Positions 42,720 to 57,451 of a DNA stretch of 64,000 bases are shown one piece after another. Made by a program: the position numbers and the translations under genes. The notes under the pieces are model-generated. The model saw only the letters and a list, made by a program, of their open reading frames with translations. It did not search any database and was not told the DNA's origin. How positions within the stretch are numbered: position 1 is the stretch's first letter; the number at the start of each line of letters is the position of its first letter. Source of the stretch: the human T2T-CHM13v2.0 reference genome, Homo sapiens; the NCBI RefSeq assembly GCF_009914755.1, contig NC_060933.1; one strand, 5' to 3'.

Positions 42720-44800
42720 GAAATTAACAATGACCCAAGATTTTGATCTGAGCATCTAAAAGGTTAGAATTGCCATTAATTAACATATAAAATGCTGTGA
42801 GAAGGCTATACCTAAAGTTGGAGGATATGAGTTCAATTTTGGACATGTTTACTTTGATATGTCTATTAGATATTTAAATAAATTCTTGAATGTATGCATT
42901 TGGAGCTTAGGTGGGAGATCTTGGCTAGAGATACAAAGTTGGAGTTAAAAAGTTGATGATAATTGAGAATGCAAGGCTGAATGCTATCACCAAAGGAGTG
43001 ATTGTAGTTAGAGCAGTAGAAATGTGCAAGGACAAAAACCTGGAGCACTCAGTATTTTAGGGGATATGAAGTGGGGCCAGGAGAGGAAACTGGAAGCAGC
43101 AGCCCATGAGGCAGGAGAAAAACCAGGAGAATATGTACCTTAGAAGCTCAATGAAGAGAGATTGAGGGAACTAGCTGACAGTTCAATTAAAAAAGAAAAG
43201 ATAAGTGATCACTGGATTTAGCAACAGTGATCTTTATAAAAGCAGTTTTGGTTGAGCGTAAAGGTCAATATCTGATTTTAGTGGGTTCAGTAAAAGAAAT
43301 TGGAGACAGTAAGTATAGATGATTATTTCTTAGAACTTCATTGTTAAGGTAAGAAAAGATATAGGTTGGTAGTTAAAGGGACGATTTGGGCCAGACAGAC
43401 AATTTTCTTTTTAATGGTAGAAATAATAGCATGTTGCAAGTCAAAATGATGTAGTAGGATGGAAAAAAAAAACTGATGATGCAAGATAAAGAGGAAACAT
43501 CTGCTGAAAGAACAAACTTGAGTAGGTAAAAAGAGTGGGTTCTAGTGACACAAGTAGAGAAGTTGACCTTAGCTATTAACATGGAGATTTTGCCCACTGT
43601 TACAGGAGATAAAACAGAGTGTATGAGAACTGCTGATGGCTGCTCTTCAGATGTGATGGTGAGAGAAGGTGGGATGTTTCTAATGATTCCACTTATTTTC
43701 TCATTAAAATAGGATTTCAGGCCATGACTTGAAAAAGGACGTACTGATGGTTTGAGAAGAGGGAGGAAGGAAAGTATAAAATATTAGTCTAAGAGTACAA
43801 GTGAATGGATTCACTTGAGGTTGATGAACATAAATCTAACCTGGAACTAGTCAATTTCAACAAACAATTCTGTTTTCTTCCAGCCATGTTCAGCTGCACG
43901 GTTGCAGGCACAGAACTGTTGAAAGGTGGCTTTCATCAGGTTTGTTCGCTTGCTTCCCAAAATGAAGCAAGCAAAAGCAAGTGAATGGCACATATAAGAG
44001 AAGTTATTACAATGAATGAATATTGATTGTAAGCTAAATAAGAAGAAAAATAAGGACACATATGTGAGAGGTACAGGAAACATTTATATGAATAATGAAT
44101 TGTAAATAGTTAAATAGAGATCAAAAGATTGTTAAGTTTGGTGGAAAGACAGGAGGCAGTGGTGAGAAGGAGGAACAGAAAAAATTGAGATGATGGAGAG
44201 GCTGCAATTATTGGTAATCAGAAAGTTTGTGGTATGATCATGAGTAGTGAGTTTGTATAATTTTATGGAGAACAAAGTAATTGGCAGAGAGAAGTAAAGA
44301 CACTAAGAGACCAGGCTATCATAAAAATAGTCCACACATTTATGAAATCACTAAGAATCATGAAGGAGTAGTGTTAGAAAGAGTGGCAATGAACCAGTAT
44401 GTCAATCATCAAGAAATTAGGAGGAATGACCCAGGTGGCACTGCAGACTGCAACAAGGAGAGCTAATGGTCAGTATAGTCTAATGATATAAAATTCAAAG
44501 TTGGGTGCTTTTTGAGCAAGATAGAGAAGCAATGTCCATATCCCACCCAAGGCCAGTGATATGAAGGGGTGTGAAAAAGAAACAATCACTTTTTGAGGAG
44601 GATGCATGGGAGGCTGTACCATCAAGGGAGAGACATTGCAAATAAACCATGAAAATCAAAATTATCAAACAAATGTTTGAAAAGATCAAGTTATCCAATA
44701 TTTGGTGATGAGTGAAGGAAAAGTAGCAGGGTTTTAAGAACTGAGAGGAGAGAAATCAAATCAGGTAGGGAGTTGTGCTGAAATGTGTGGGGATTAGAAT
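42720..44800 (-). mobile_element. Long L2 fragment
   Basis: Purine-rich antisense L2 hallmarks (gagttcaattttggacatgtt, cactggatttagcaac); boundaries approximate. Confidence 0.75.
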
Positions 44801-47639
44801 GCCAGAAATGGCAGTGACCTCTGAGGCCTGAGTTCCTCGTGGTAATTGATAAAGATGTTCTGCATTTATAAAGTAGAAGTAGTAATTCTTACTACGTCAC
44901 AGAGTTGTTATGAGAAGTATAAGTGAGGCAGACAAAAAGCATTTAGCCAGGCACAACTTAAGTGTGCCATAAGCATTAGCAATTATCATCATCATACTCA
45001 TCACTTGGTTTGACAAGATTACTGAGTACATTAGGAATAAGCCATATAATTTTCCAGGAATCAAAAATTTCCTCCTAGAAATGCATCTCTGAAATTATAG
45101 TGTAAGCTGATGAGGAAATAAGAACCATTACAAAAAATAATCATTTAGCAAAAAACTTTTTTTTTCATAACAATGACAGTTATTTTCTTTCTTACTTTAG
45201 AACTTAGGTTTATTGACTTTGTTTCAAAGATTCTATGGTATTTGACATGTTGATGCTTTTGATGAAAGGATGAGCAGAATCAAAATGACATTTTACATGT
45301 CAGCAGTGAGAAATACAAAAGAGATTTCAGATTCATAGCATCTTTCTATATCAACATAGGTTCCTCGTTTCTTTTCAGCTGCAGTAACTCTTCCCATCCC
45401 ACAGAAAATCAACTCGGTAGTCAGCATTTCCATGTAAAAATGTCTTCTGAGTTGAACTCGATTTTCTTTCACAAAAATGGAGAAATGTTTCTATTTTTTG
45501 GTATGGCCTACCAGAAATCACCATATTTTGAAGTTTCAATTTATATTCCCGGTGTATTTTTTCTCCAGAGAGTCATATTCTACGTCTTTCTTAGTTACCT
45601 CTCTAGAGACTGTCCTTTTGCAAATAATGCTGCAGTCTATTATAAGTCTGTTCTGTGTTAATTAAAATGACATCCAAATCATTTGGGGGGTCTGGCTCCC
45701 ATAGATGTATTGCTCTAGTCTACTTATAATCAATTCTCTACTCAATGCTAGCAGTAGCCGTATCATTGGCCATGAAGGCACTCAGAAGATTAATGAAACT
45801 GGATAAAATAAATGGAGCTGTAATTTGGGAGGAGAAGTTAACATCCCCACTAAGCAGACACTGTCAAAACTAGCAGACTGTAGCTCATCTCTTATTGAGC
45901 CATGACAGTAAACATTCATCAAGTGAAGGAAAATAATATGCCAGTCTGAAAATGATATCTTACTCTATACATAGAGACAATAATACACTGGCTCATCTTT
46001 TCTAAATTAACTGTAAATAACAATGGGGTTATATTACAATGAGTATATAGTTATTTCCCAGCCAGTTCTAGTGCGTGAAGTGTGTCCTCAAGCTGCTTGA
46101 TGAGATGGAAAGCCACACGTAAAAGCAGATGGACAGTTAATAAGCCATGCTGTAAGGTTGAGCAACATGGCATGATTGGCTAGAGATGCTACAATCCCAC
46201 TGAACCTCTCTCAGAAACAGGCAGTAAATTTGAATCCTAATTACAGTGGTCCAGTTCATTTCCTAATCAGACTGCTGGATAAGAAAGGATCTCATTTTGA
46301 AGCATTAACCCTCAAATACAGTTAATGACCATGCAAGAAGCTTGAGTCTTTGGTTCCTGTCATAGTAATTAGAGCTCTTGCCAATGGTGAGGCTTAGAGA
46401 TTTATAAGCCAACAGCAATGCAAAGCTGTTCAAGATAGGTGGGGGCAACCTGACAGCCTCAAGGTAGTGCTTTCCACTGGACAGTTTTTGATGATCTCAG
46501 GAGAGTGTATACTGAGCAAGAACTTATAAAAAATAATACCAAGAAATAATTTAGATGAAGCCTAACCATGATCCAGATTGGTAAACAATTTTTCAAGATG
46601 GCTCTAATTTTAAAGATTCTGTTCCCAGTCTCTACTCATTTCTATCACATAAAATGATCTGACTTAGGGATGCAAAAATGTGACCTCAAAATTAAGGGTA
46701 GCTAGAAATATGCAAATACTATTTATGATCACTTAATTTCAGTTACCTTAGAGTTACTCTGTGGTTCAGATCTACATTCCTTTTGTCCGCCTCACTGTGT
46801 AATCTCCAGTCATTCACATATCTATTTCACCACATGGTGGTAAACTCCTTCCAGGTGGAAGCTATGTTAATCTTTTCTTTTACAAATCATTTGCTCAGTT
46901 AATTGAATAAAAAAACTGTGATACACTGGAGGATAAGGGTATGTTAGAATCAACAAAAGCAGGTCCAAGGTTTTAGGGAGCTACACACTTGGTAGAACAG
47001 CCAGAAGTAGTAACAATTAAAATTAATGCTACATATATACACACAGAATATGTATTAATTTTTACAATGAAATATTATATTTTTATTTGTAAAAAATCTG
47101 GAAAATATAGTGTGCCAAAATAATTACAATTCTCACAGAAACACTGTCAAATTAAATGCTCACATATAGTTTTCAATCTTTTCTATATATATATGATACA
47201 TTTATATTATAACAAAAGTTATGCATAGCATATTTGTAAATTTTAAAATATAATAGATTTTATGAATGTTTATATGAATATTTATACGAATGTTTATAAT
47301 AGTTTAGTGCATAACTTTTCTAGTTTACCTTCTAGAATATAAATTCAAAAGTTGTATGTATCTCTTTCAATGGCATATTTCCAACAATTTGAACAATGCT
47401 TTGCTTATGGTAGGTATTTAATCAAGACAAAATAATTTATTATTCTTTTATAGTTGGATTTCTATAATTTAAAATCTAGACAGTTCCAACAGTCACAAAT
47501 GTCATCTAAAAGAAAAGTTAGGGATAGATTTTTGAAAGCATGAATGGATAGAAGAAAAATCTTTAATCTGTAAGATGAGCAGTTGTCTATAATCATTTAA
47601 AAGAAATAGCTTAATTAGAACTCTACTTTATTTTATTGC

Positions 47640-47691
47640 CAATAAAGGTATCCAACCAGCTTGCATTTTTCACTTTCTGCTTTGGCTTAAT
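47640..47691 (-). pseudogene. Exon 6: IKPKQKVKNASWLDTFI
   Basis: Strong acceptor ttcttatttttatag|, phase 0-1, donor gcaata (GC or mutated GT); joined to the next exon gives WLDTFIVLVIW ~ TGFBR3 IPSTQGNLVKW. Confidence 0.6.
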
Positions 47692-49720
47692 CTATAAAAA
47701 TAAGAATATAAGTGATATTTTCAAAAATACTTGTCAGAATGGTGATAATTTCAGTGGTAAGTCTAATTTTGTCTCTCATATGGAAGAAACTATTGGCAAT
47801 TAGGAAATTATGTTGGGTAGCATGGAACGTTACCCACCAGCCAACTTAACTTGAGTAACAAAAAAGAGTAATTAAAAAATAAAAGATTTAAGTACAGATT
47901 TTAAAGTCCATTCATAGAGTTCCAATGTCCAAGGCATATCTGTGTGGCAAAGGGTCAGAAGCAAGGACGGGGCTTGTATCTCCTCTTCTTTCAATCTGTT
48001 GCTATCTCTTTGGGCTCTAGTTCTCTCACTGCTAAGAAGTATAAGTCCCCAAACGAGAAAGCTAAAAGAGGAAAATAAGCACTTCAGGATATTGTCACCT
48101 TGTCCTCATGTCCCGGGAGTCAATGATTTCTTCTGTGTCTCCAAATTTAGGTATCATTACCTTAAAACATAAAATGTTAGAAATAGAAAGAACTTTGAAA
48201 ATCAAGACTCTGGGAAAGAGAAACCAGTAATAAGTATCACCAGTTCAACTAAGATCTGATTTGGTCAGTTAGAAAATTAACTAAAAATATCAGTGCATTT
48301 AGATCTTGTTATGGGGCTATGCAGACTGTATCATCGAATTTATTTTTCCTTGACAGCACACTATAAATCCTTTATTTCACTTAACTTCTAAATCAGATTA
48401 AGTGGATTACAAACAGAATTTTTAAAATATGAAACAGAATATAACACAAAAGTCAAAGTGCATCATAAGTAGAAATAATATTTTTAGGAGTGTGTGTGTG
48501 TGAGTGTGTTTGTGTGTGTGTGTATACTATCATGTATTTACTGAACTGTAATGTGAAATATATTGTTATTTATTCTGGATCACAGCAAACAATATTTGAA
48601 AGCCACTGTTTTCTATTTCATATTAAAAGCCATAATTGAGGATGATAATTCTGAACAAAGAGTTGACATTAAATAATTTTAAATATGATATAAATTTTTA
48701 ATATATATATACTACTCTGTTCATTTAGAAAAACAAAAGCATACTATCAACTCATACCATGTAAAATCACGATGCTTTAACTTTCCTTAAGGGGGTCAGT
48801 GAATTTCCTAAAGTAACATGGCTCAATACCAGGCATGATAAAACTCAGAAATTCTGACATCTAGTCCAATTATTTCCCCATTAGTCCAGATAATGGCATT
48901 TCCCTATAATAGCCATGTAAAAATCATAAATACTCTGTGAACAGACCATAAAATGGACCACAACTTAATATACATGAAATTTGATGATAAATGTAACCTG
49001 TGTTAATGCTAGATAAAATCAGTGTTAACTAAGGGGTAACTGTCATGATGCTACCTTTAAATATTTAGTTTTATTTATTTATGTTTTGTAAAATAAGGTC
49101 TGTTCTCCATTTTTTCTTCAAAGAATTATAAAGGTAAGTGTGAATCCATGATTTCTCTCATCCCAATATAAAACATGGTGACTAATTTATCTCTAAAACA
49201 GGCATCAAATAATATTCATATTTGAAGGCCTCCACTTAGGAATATAATTATAGTTTAGAGAACTGGGCCTCTTGTGTTAAATTCTCTTGTTGCTCTTATT
49301 CTCTTTTCTTCTCTATCCGTGTCAGTTCCCCAGCCTTCCCCATCTCTGATGCTATGACTGAAAATGTGGGTATTTGAGAAATGAGGACGAAAGTAAACAG
49401 AGCAGTGACTTCTTCAGACCTTTATATACAGTTACATATGCAGCTATTGGGGCCAATGTGGTCTCTGTCCCTCAGGTTATAAGTTGATGTCCATCGAAAG
49501 GAACATTTGCAAGACACACAAACGACCTAGAAATTCCTGCAAGTGAAGTTTAGATGTTAATTAGGTACTGTTGAAAGAGCAATTGAGAAATACAAAGAGA
49601 TGACCATTAGCCTGAATCAGTTGGGCCATCTTCTCCCTTAATATTTCTAGAGGTTTAAGAAAGCTTAGTTTATTTGATTTCCAAATTCTCAGTCTGGTAT
49701 ATTTTTTGTTGTGTTCACGG

Positions 49721-49764
49721 CAAAAACAAAAACAAAAACAAAAACAAAAACAAAAACAAAAACA
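49721..49764. repeat. (CAAAAA)n hexamer repeat
   Basis: About 7 perfect units. Confidence 0.95.
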
Positions 49765-50001
49765 GATCTGGAATAGGACAATATGATTTAATACCTTAAT
49801 CAGAAGCAATTTTATTTATTGTTTTTCCTCCCTAAAATAATTTGTCTATATTCTAAGGTAAAATACAGAATCCTAAAATCCAATTCTTTTCAAAGATAAG
49901 CATGCTTAAAAGTAAATCATTAAGTGGGTCAGTTTCTAGATCATTAAGTCAAATCATGGCACAGCTGGAACCTCTTCCAACCAATCAGAGATCATTTTTA
50001 C

Positions 50002-50135
50002 CATTTTTATTTCAGAAATTACAGTAACATTATTCCTAGTGCTTCTTAAGATGAATGATACATTTAATATTCTTGTCAAGCTCCAGTGCTGAATGTTCTT
50101 CAATTTTAAAATGACAACTGAATGTATGAAAGCAC
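50002..50135 (-). pseudogene. Exon 5 (orphan domain): AFIHSVVILKLKNIQHWSLTRILNVSFILRSTRNNVTVISEIKM
   Basis: Acceptor ccttttccttag|, donor ATG|gtaaaa, 134 nt, fully open; gapless with ENG VLILQGPPYVSWLIDANHN and similar to TGFBR3 LILILKCKKSVNW; N-glycosylation sequons NVS and NVT. Confidence 0.8.
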
Positions 50136-50204
50136 CTAAGGAAAAGGTTAAGATTTCATGAGGATTGTTTTAAACATTCAGGCCCTATACAGTCCACGTC
50201 TTAA

Positions 50205-50432
50205 CATGCAGGACTATTTGTCCTTTAAATCCTGATCTGTCAACACTGGTCCCAAGTCTATAGTTTCTTAATAATTGAGAGATTCCTTTAGCTCTCGAGC
50301 AAATGTTAACATGTGATACTCAGGTTCTGTTAACATGGATATAACATTCAGAAATTTGCCATTACAATATTTTTCCTTGACACATTAGAAACATTTATAT
50401 TTCTAAGCATCATCAGCTGCTGCACACATTTC
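50205..50432 (-). pseudogene. Exon 4 (orphan domain): NVCSS**CLEI*MFLMCQGKIL*WQISECYIHVNRT*VSHVN...RSGFKGQIVLH
   Basis: Acceptor cctttgcag|, 228 nt, phase 1-1, degenerate donor ttaaga; GKIL*WQ ~ ENG GRTLEWR; five stops. Confidence 0.55.
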
Positions 50433-50808
50433 CTGCAAAGGTATACATTTCAGTATCATACAACTTGTATACTAGTGAAACAGTAAACTGCCTATCAGAG
50501 AACTGAGTTCTAGGTCTTAATTTGTCACTAAGTGGCTCTGTGGCATCACAGATGCTATCTCCTGTTGGGCAGAAGTTTGCTGCTCTGTGTCATTTTAATG
50601 GCTGGCAAAAATATATCTACCACATGGCTTCTCTATATCTATCTAATTCCATGAATGTAACAGCCAGAGTTTAGCCCCTAAGATTTGGGTGGCTACAACA
50701 GATTGTTTTGTATACATATTGGCCAATTTGCAACATCCGTTTATATTAAATTCCAATCCATCTTGTGCTACTGTATTGCTTTAAGGGCATCATGGTAAAA
50801 ATACTTAT

Positions 50809-50964
50809 TCAGTTTTCACAAATCTACTAACAGGATTGGGTTAAGATAAAGAGATGACTCTGAAACTTGCTGGAAACTGCATATCTCTAAGATTGCTGTC
50901 TGGAAGGAATTGTTGTCCCTCAACAGTCCCTGTACAGTGTATATTCCACAGAACATTGAATCCT
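50809..50964 (-). pseudogene. Exon 3 (orphan domain): DSMFCGIYTVQGLLRDNNSFQTAILEICSFQQVSESSLYLNPILLVDL*KL
   Basis: 156 nt, phase 1-1, 48 open codons then TGA (50816-50818); donor reads ataagtat (GT>AT). AILEI ~ ENG AILEV; LYLNPI..V ~ TGFBR3 LHLNPISSV. The exon may extend further toward about 50700. Confidence 0.72.
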
Positions 50965-52188
50965 CTAGGTAATGATTGCGGTAGTTCAGGGATATTAAGA
51001 CTGTGATTAAGGTCAGTATGCATGGGTTTTGGAAAAAGTACCTTGAGACTTATCTAGTATAAACACACAGATAATTATAACATATATTTCATTTTCTCAT
51101 ATTATTCTATTTTTCTCAAGTGAGCAGATAAAAACAAATAAAAGTATAAAATATCCTTGAAAATTATAACTGACAATGTTTTGCCTACAATGAAATACAC
51201 AGAATGTGTATGAAAATGTATCTTCTTCCAATTCTTTTGGAATGATGAGATTTTCAGTTGTCTCTTAGTCAATCTTCCATTGGTCCAGGTGAAGACATGA
51301 CCAGAATGCAATAATTTGCTTATGAATAGGTGCTTATCATAGAATGTCCTAATGGAGACTCAAAATTCTACTACAGATAAAATCTCCTCCATTTCTGATT
51401 AGTTAAGTGACTTCCCAGAAATTTATGCCTGATTAATTAGCAAAATGATCTGGCAGCATTTAAAAATAAACCACAAAGATAAATGTGAATCACACATATG
51501 AGAAAAGCTGCTGCCTTCACGATCCCTTGTTGCTATCTCAGGTGTATTTACTGTCAAGGTCCTCTGCTCTCTGGAAATTCCTAATATTATATTAATAACT
51601 TGATTGTATCAGGGATTAGAAAAACCAAGTTCTCATATCATCCCCAGCCTACTAATTTTGAGAATTTTCTAAGAATCAATTCTATCTATAAAATGGGAAT
51701 GCAATTCGTTATTGACTACAGACTGCTCCTATAATAGAATGAATGCTAACCTTATCACCTTTTTTGGTTCCCAAAGCAAATCACTTGCCCTTCTCCAGAG
51801 CTACAAAAACTAGGGCACCAGGTTTATATCAGAAAACATAACCATAGTTATCATCTATACAAGTTTCATCGAAGCCATAGTGACATAAATGATCTATAAT
51901 TAAAACAATATAAAGATAATGCTTTTCTTATACTCCTTAAACTAGTTTCATTTTTACATAACACACTGGAGCAGCAGGACCCAGTATTTCTCAAGCATAC
52001 TTGGCTAGCCTCCTGTAAAGTCCTTTTCCCTCAGATACTTGAATATAATCATTTCACTGTATAGTTTTATAGAGGGCCATTCTAAGAAATAGTCATATTA
52101 AAATTGTTTCTATATTTAGGTATAAAAGCATAATATGAGTTGCTGACTTAATGTTTTCTATAGGAGGTCTCATGTGAAAAACATTATT

Positions 52189-52510
52189 ATTATTATTTTT
52201 ATAATTATCATTATTATTATTATTATTTTGAGACAGAGTCTCACTCTGCCACCCAGGCTGGAGTGCAGTGACGCAATTTCAGCTCACTGCAAGCTCCGCC
52301 TCCCAGATTCACACCATCCTCCTGCCTTAGCCTCCTGAGTAGCTGGGACTACAGGGGCCTGTCACCACGCCCGGCTAATTTTTGTATTTTTAGTAGAGAC
52401 GGGGTTTCACTGTGTTAGCCAGGATGGTCTCGATCTCCTGACCTTGAGATCTGCCAGCCTCGGCCTCCCAAAAGTGCTGGGATTACAGGTGTGAGCCACC
52501 ATGCCCGGCC
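52189..52510 (-). mobile_element. AluY with (TTA)n-derived tail
   Basis: TSD gtgaaaaacattatt / gtgaaaatcttatt. Confidence 0.93.
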
Positions 52511-53160
52511 GTGAAAATCTTATTTTAAAATCAAGAGCAAGAAAAAGTTTACCTGACTCAGAGAACTAATCTGCTTTCTTCTCTCTGATAAGGGTTTATG
52601 TAACTCAATATGATTTCATTTTCCCTTTACTTTCAAATTTCTAAAACTAAGTTCAAGCATAGTAACTGAATTAAGCCTCTTGGAGAGCATCTGGTCTTGT
52701 TTTGGTAGACCAATTTCTACCCTTGAAATAGCCATTATTTAGCCTATCTGTAACATAAGTACAATTAAGCAAACTGGCATGCATTTAAAATAGAAGTTTT
52801 AAGTAATCATTTTTAAATTGTAAAAACAAATAATTGAGAATAACATTTGCCCCATGTAAGCTTTTAGATAATTGAAACACAAAAGCAGTTTAGAAATAGT
52901 AAGAGAGTATATAGGCTAAGTTCATTTTATTATAATCATTGTGTAAAATGATAGGCTTTTTGCATAATCATAGCATTCATAATTATCAATTTACCAATTT
53001 ATTTCTCCTCCTAGATTATAAGCCTTTTGTGGGTCAGAATAGTATTCATTTAATAACCTCAGTGTCTAACAAATAGTAAGACCCCAGTAAATGCTAAATG
53101 AAAGAAGAAAAAAAATAAGAGCAAGATAAACGCAGAGATCTAAAAATACAATGGTCTTAC

Positions 53161-53238
53161 TGACCTTATTATTTACAATAATATCATGACACATTGTACA
53201 ACTTTTAGCATTACCAATGATTAGAATCATCATAATGA
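53161..53238 (-). pseudogene. Exon 2: (I)IMMILIIGNAKSCTMCHDIIVNNKV (signal peptide h/c-region and mature N-terminus)
   Basis: Acceptor tcactgttttag|, donor |gtaagac, 78 nt, phase 1-1, fully open. Confidence 0.7.
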
Positions 53239-54515
53239 CTAAAACAGTGATATTGAAAACACCTCATTTTCTATCTTATTGTAATTTTGAATAATTCCAG
53301 TTTTTTCTCTCAATGCCATTTCAGCAATGCTTTAAACATTCTGCAGAACCAAAAGCTTTTAGAGCTAAATGCATCAATTACACATAATCTTGTGATGCAA
53401 TCCTGCCATGAATCCTTAGTCATTCATCCTCAGCCCACAGAATGCCATCTGCTTATTTTCAGTGTACCTTGTTACAAAGAGAAAGAGAGCAAAAGAAATC
53501 TTAAACTGATTTCATTGCCCTGAATTATGCTACTTTATAGTTTTGTTTTCAATGACTTTTTTTGTTTTCAATGACATTGATTCTAAATGCTAAAGTTTCT
53601 ATAAAGATATTATCTAAACATTCTGACCTTTCTGGTAAATTATCTGCATGCATTCTCCTTTGTTTAGTAATAAAGTGAAACAATTATCTGAGGAAAGCTC
53701 TAGCTTTATCCATAGACACAGTCCTTATATTGTTTCTCACTGGACTTACAATTTTATAGAATCCCAGTTTTGTAAGTGTGGAGTTTGGACTATTCATTCC
53801 ATGTGGCAGACTCTCTGGGATAAGGTGAAAGCTAAGTAATTTCATGGTAGAACAAGCATCCAAAAATGCATTCCATCTTTTTAGCAATAATGACCAGACA
53901 TAAAACCAATCCAAGGAGAAATGAGATTATAATCTCACTTGGTTCTGTTCATTTTAATATTATCTATAAATGATGTTTTTATAATAAATATTTAAGGAAG
54001 GCTTAACACTCTATAAGTATTTCTACCATCAGCCTGAGGACTGTATATGCATCTAGAAAGCAAATTTTCTTAGGTGACAAGAACAGACAAAAGAAAAACT
54101 AGGACTAACGCCCTGGTCATCCAGTGCTGGGAGAAGCACTGGCATCAAATCCTCATTCTGTCTTACCAGATTTTTATGCACTTATGTATTTTTATCATTA
54201 TACTATAAACATTCTTTGACATAGATATAGGGGGCATGGCTTTGCCTGCAGTATAAACACATCTGGCAAGTAGAAGCTTTTCTTTAATTAAAACTAATAA
54301 TCTTTTTAAACAAAATGAGAAAAAGACATTGGTCCATGGAATATTATACACAATTTATTTAGAGAACAGTATTCACTAAAAGATAATAACTTTTACATGT
54401 ACCAAAGTTCTTAATAGGATTCAAAGTGTTTATGCCACTGATAGAAGGAACAAATGGTCGATTATGAGGACTGACAGAATCCTTGGCACCTGCCTGACTT
54501 TCTATTTCTACAAAT

Positions 54516-54967
<452 letters not shown>

Positions 54968-55899
54968 TCATTTGCCCCTTAATTTCATGTCTTGCAATTG
55001 AGCCACTGGCTAATCTTCCCTATAGCTCATCACACTCCGGCTATTTTGGTCTTATTTCAGTTCCGAAAACACTATGAGATCTTCACTCCAGAGTTTCCAC
55101 ATCATTCTTTCTTCTGTTTAGAACATATTTCTGCTACCCTTCACCTCACACAAACATTGTGCCTTTGCTTATTGTTGTTCATTGTCTACCTAAAATCTTT
55201 GCTTTGGCATCTGACTCTAACATCACAATCAGATCCTCATTATAATACTACATTTACTCTTGTTTATTTTGCCTGCCAGATTTAGTCCACATTAATGTTC
55301 ATCATTATCTCCATGAAAGGAAAATTAAGAAAAAAAAGTTAAGCTGCTTAGGTCATTCATCCAGTGTATAGAACTATTTGGATATTTTTATAATGAACAC
55401 ATGTATCTGAGATGTGTTTTATTTGCATGGTGAATCTACAAATTCCAGGATCTTAAAATACATTTATAAAGTCAGACAAGGATTTTCAGGATCATATCAC
55501 AAAGGACAGAAATTAAAATTAAACTATTATCTGAGTTGATTTTTAAAATGATGAAGTATCATGTACCATTTTCATTCAATCATAAAATAAAAACGAAGTT
55601 ATAAAATGATTCAAAGAATGTTTACAGCAGGGATTGTAAGGAGATGTCACCTCACATACCAACTTTGAGATGGGCCAGGATGGTTATGAGAATTGTGTTG
55701 AAAAAGGCTCCTGATAGAGTTCAGATTCATCAAGAGAGTGCTGTGATTTAATGATGTTTATCCTGGGCATAAAAGCAGAGAAATGGTGACTCACTTTATA
55801 TTTGAATAAAAAAAGATTAAGAGAGGTGAACTGGCTTCACCTTCTCACCAAAATGAAAAAGAGAAGCCCAGAAGTCTAGACTGTTGAATCTTTCTCTAG

Positions 55900-57160
55900 G
55901 GCATCTATCACCATGTTATAAATATTTACTGATCTCTCAGTAGTATACAAAACAGTTGAAACTTGTTTTCCTTCTGGCTTCTAGGGTATTCTTCTGTTCT
56001 CTAGTATTCTTCAATCTTACTGAAGATTGAAGTCATCCTTGTCTCTTGGGGGTGAGTCACATCCTCTGGTGAACCTCTAATTGTATTCCTCCAGGGCTTT
56101 GTGTTTGTTCTTCACTTTCTCCTTAGGTGACTTCATTTCATCCCATGACTTTAAACATTTTATTTTTGACCACTATAGCTTCTTATTTCCAGCTGACTAC
56201 TCCTTGTCACCACATAGAAATCTTATAAGTATTTCAAACTTAATTTCAATATGGACAACACAGAACTCTTGATTTTATGCAAAAACCTACTTCTGTATCA
56301 GTCTTCCTCATTTTTGTAAATGGGATCATAATCTCATTATCTCAATCCAATAATATAGAGTTTTTCTTCGTTCTTCTCTTTCTCCCATCTCGCATATTCA
56401 ATATCAACAAGTTCTTCTGACTCCAAATCATATCTTGAAACCATCCAGTCTTTCCTATTACATGACCACCACCCTAGTCCCAGTCACAATTATCTCTTTG
56501 AATTACTTCGAGAGCCACTTATCTAGTTAATTCCCAGAATCCATTTTGGTTCCCTTGACTCCATCCATCTCTATGTGGTAATTACAGTGATTATTTTCAA
56601 AACATGAATGAAACCTTGTAGTGGCCTTGCTTAAAATTATCGAATATCTTCTTATTAAACTGGGAAGTGAACCCAAACCTCTAATCCTGAGTTTTAAAGC
56701 CCTGTATAATAATCTGTTCCCATTCATTTATGAATCTTCTTCACACTTTTTACCCACACTCACTTCCTTTTAGCAATACTAGCTTTTTTTCTATTCCTCA
56801 ACCAAACTATACTAATTTCTACCTTGTGTTTTAATATTACTTAGAATACTTTTCCCAGTGACTGCTTTGTTATCATTCTAAATTTAGCTTAAATTTGAAT
56901 TCTTTAACCATAATTTTGCAGTTAACCATATACTCTACTTCCTTCATGACCATCTTTAATTCACTAGATAGCACTTGTCATTTCCTGACAATATTGCATA
57001 TTTATTCATTTGCCATTCATTCATTCATTCATTCATTCTTATCTGTATGTCTTTACTTGAAAATAAAATCCATGAGAGCAAGGAACTCGTTTTCCTTATT
57101 CACCCCTAGAACACAATGGGTGCATAGTAGGCATGCAATATGTATTCATTGAATAAGTAA
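55900..57160 (+). mobile_element. L2 3' region
   Basis: Pyrimidine-rich L2 hallmarks ending catagtaggcatgcaatatgtattcattgaat. Confidence 0.75.
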
Positions 57161-57451
57161 ACTCTATTTTCTGTACAGTTTTCTACATTTAATATAAAAT
57201 CAATTCTTTCTGAAGTCACTGCAGCAGAGTTTTAACCTTTGGCTTCATTCTTGTGGCAATTTTTTTTTTTGCATCACTCTCACTCTTCCTACCATCAATT
57301 AGCGTATATTTAGAATTTTAAACACTTACATAAATACATCTTTGCTAGAAAAGTAAAATGGAAGCAGGAACTAAAGAGAGGAGAAGGGCTACCTGTCAAA
57401 TTTAAATAAATAAATATTATTTTTAGTGCAAGAATATCTAGTAGTACTTAC

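Noticed and set aside
50280-50385. Alternative exon 4 frame KYCNGKFLNVISMLTE resembling TGFBR3 CNIGKNFL
   Set aside because: Needs two frameshifts; the phase-1 frame fits both neighbours without any and matches ENG. Not fully excluded
50615-50670. Minus-strand GCYIHG...HV as an extra orphan-domain motif
   Set aside because: Overlaps a MIR3-like tail and has no clear acceptor
51040-51184. Minus-strand exon candidate with a good acceptor
   Set aside because: Early stop in every frame, poor donor, no family similarity
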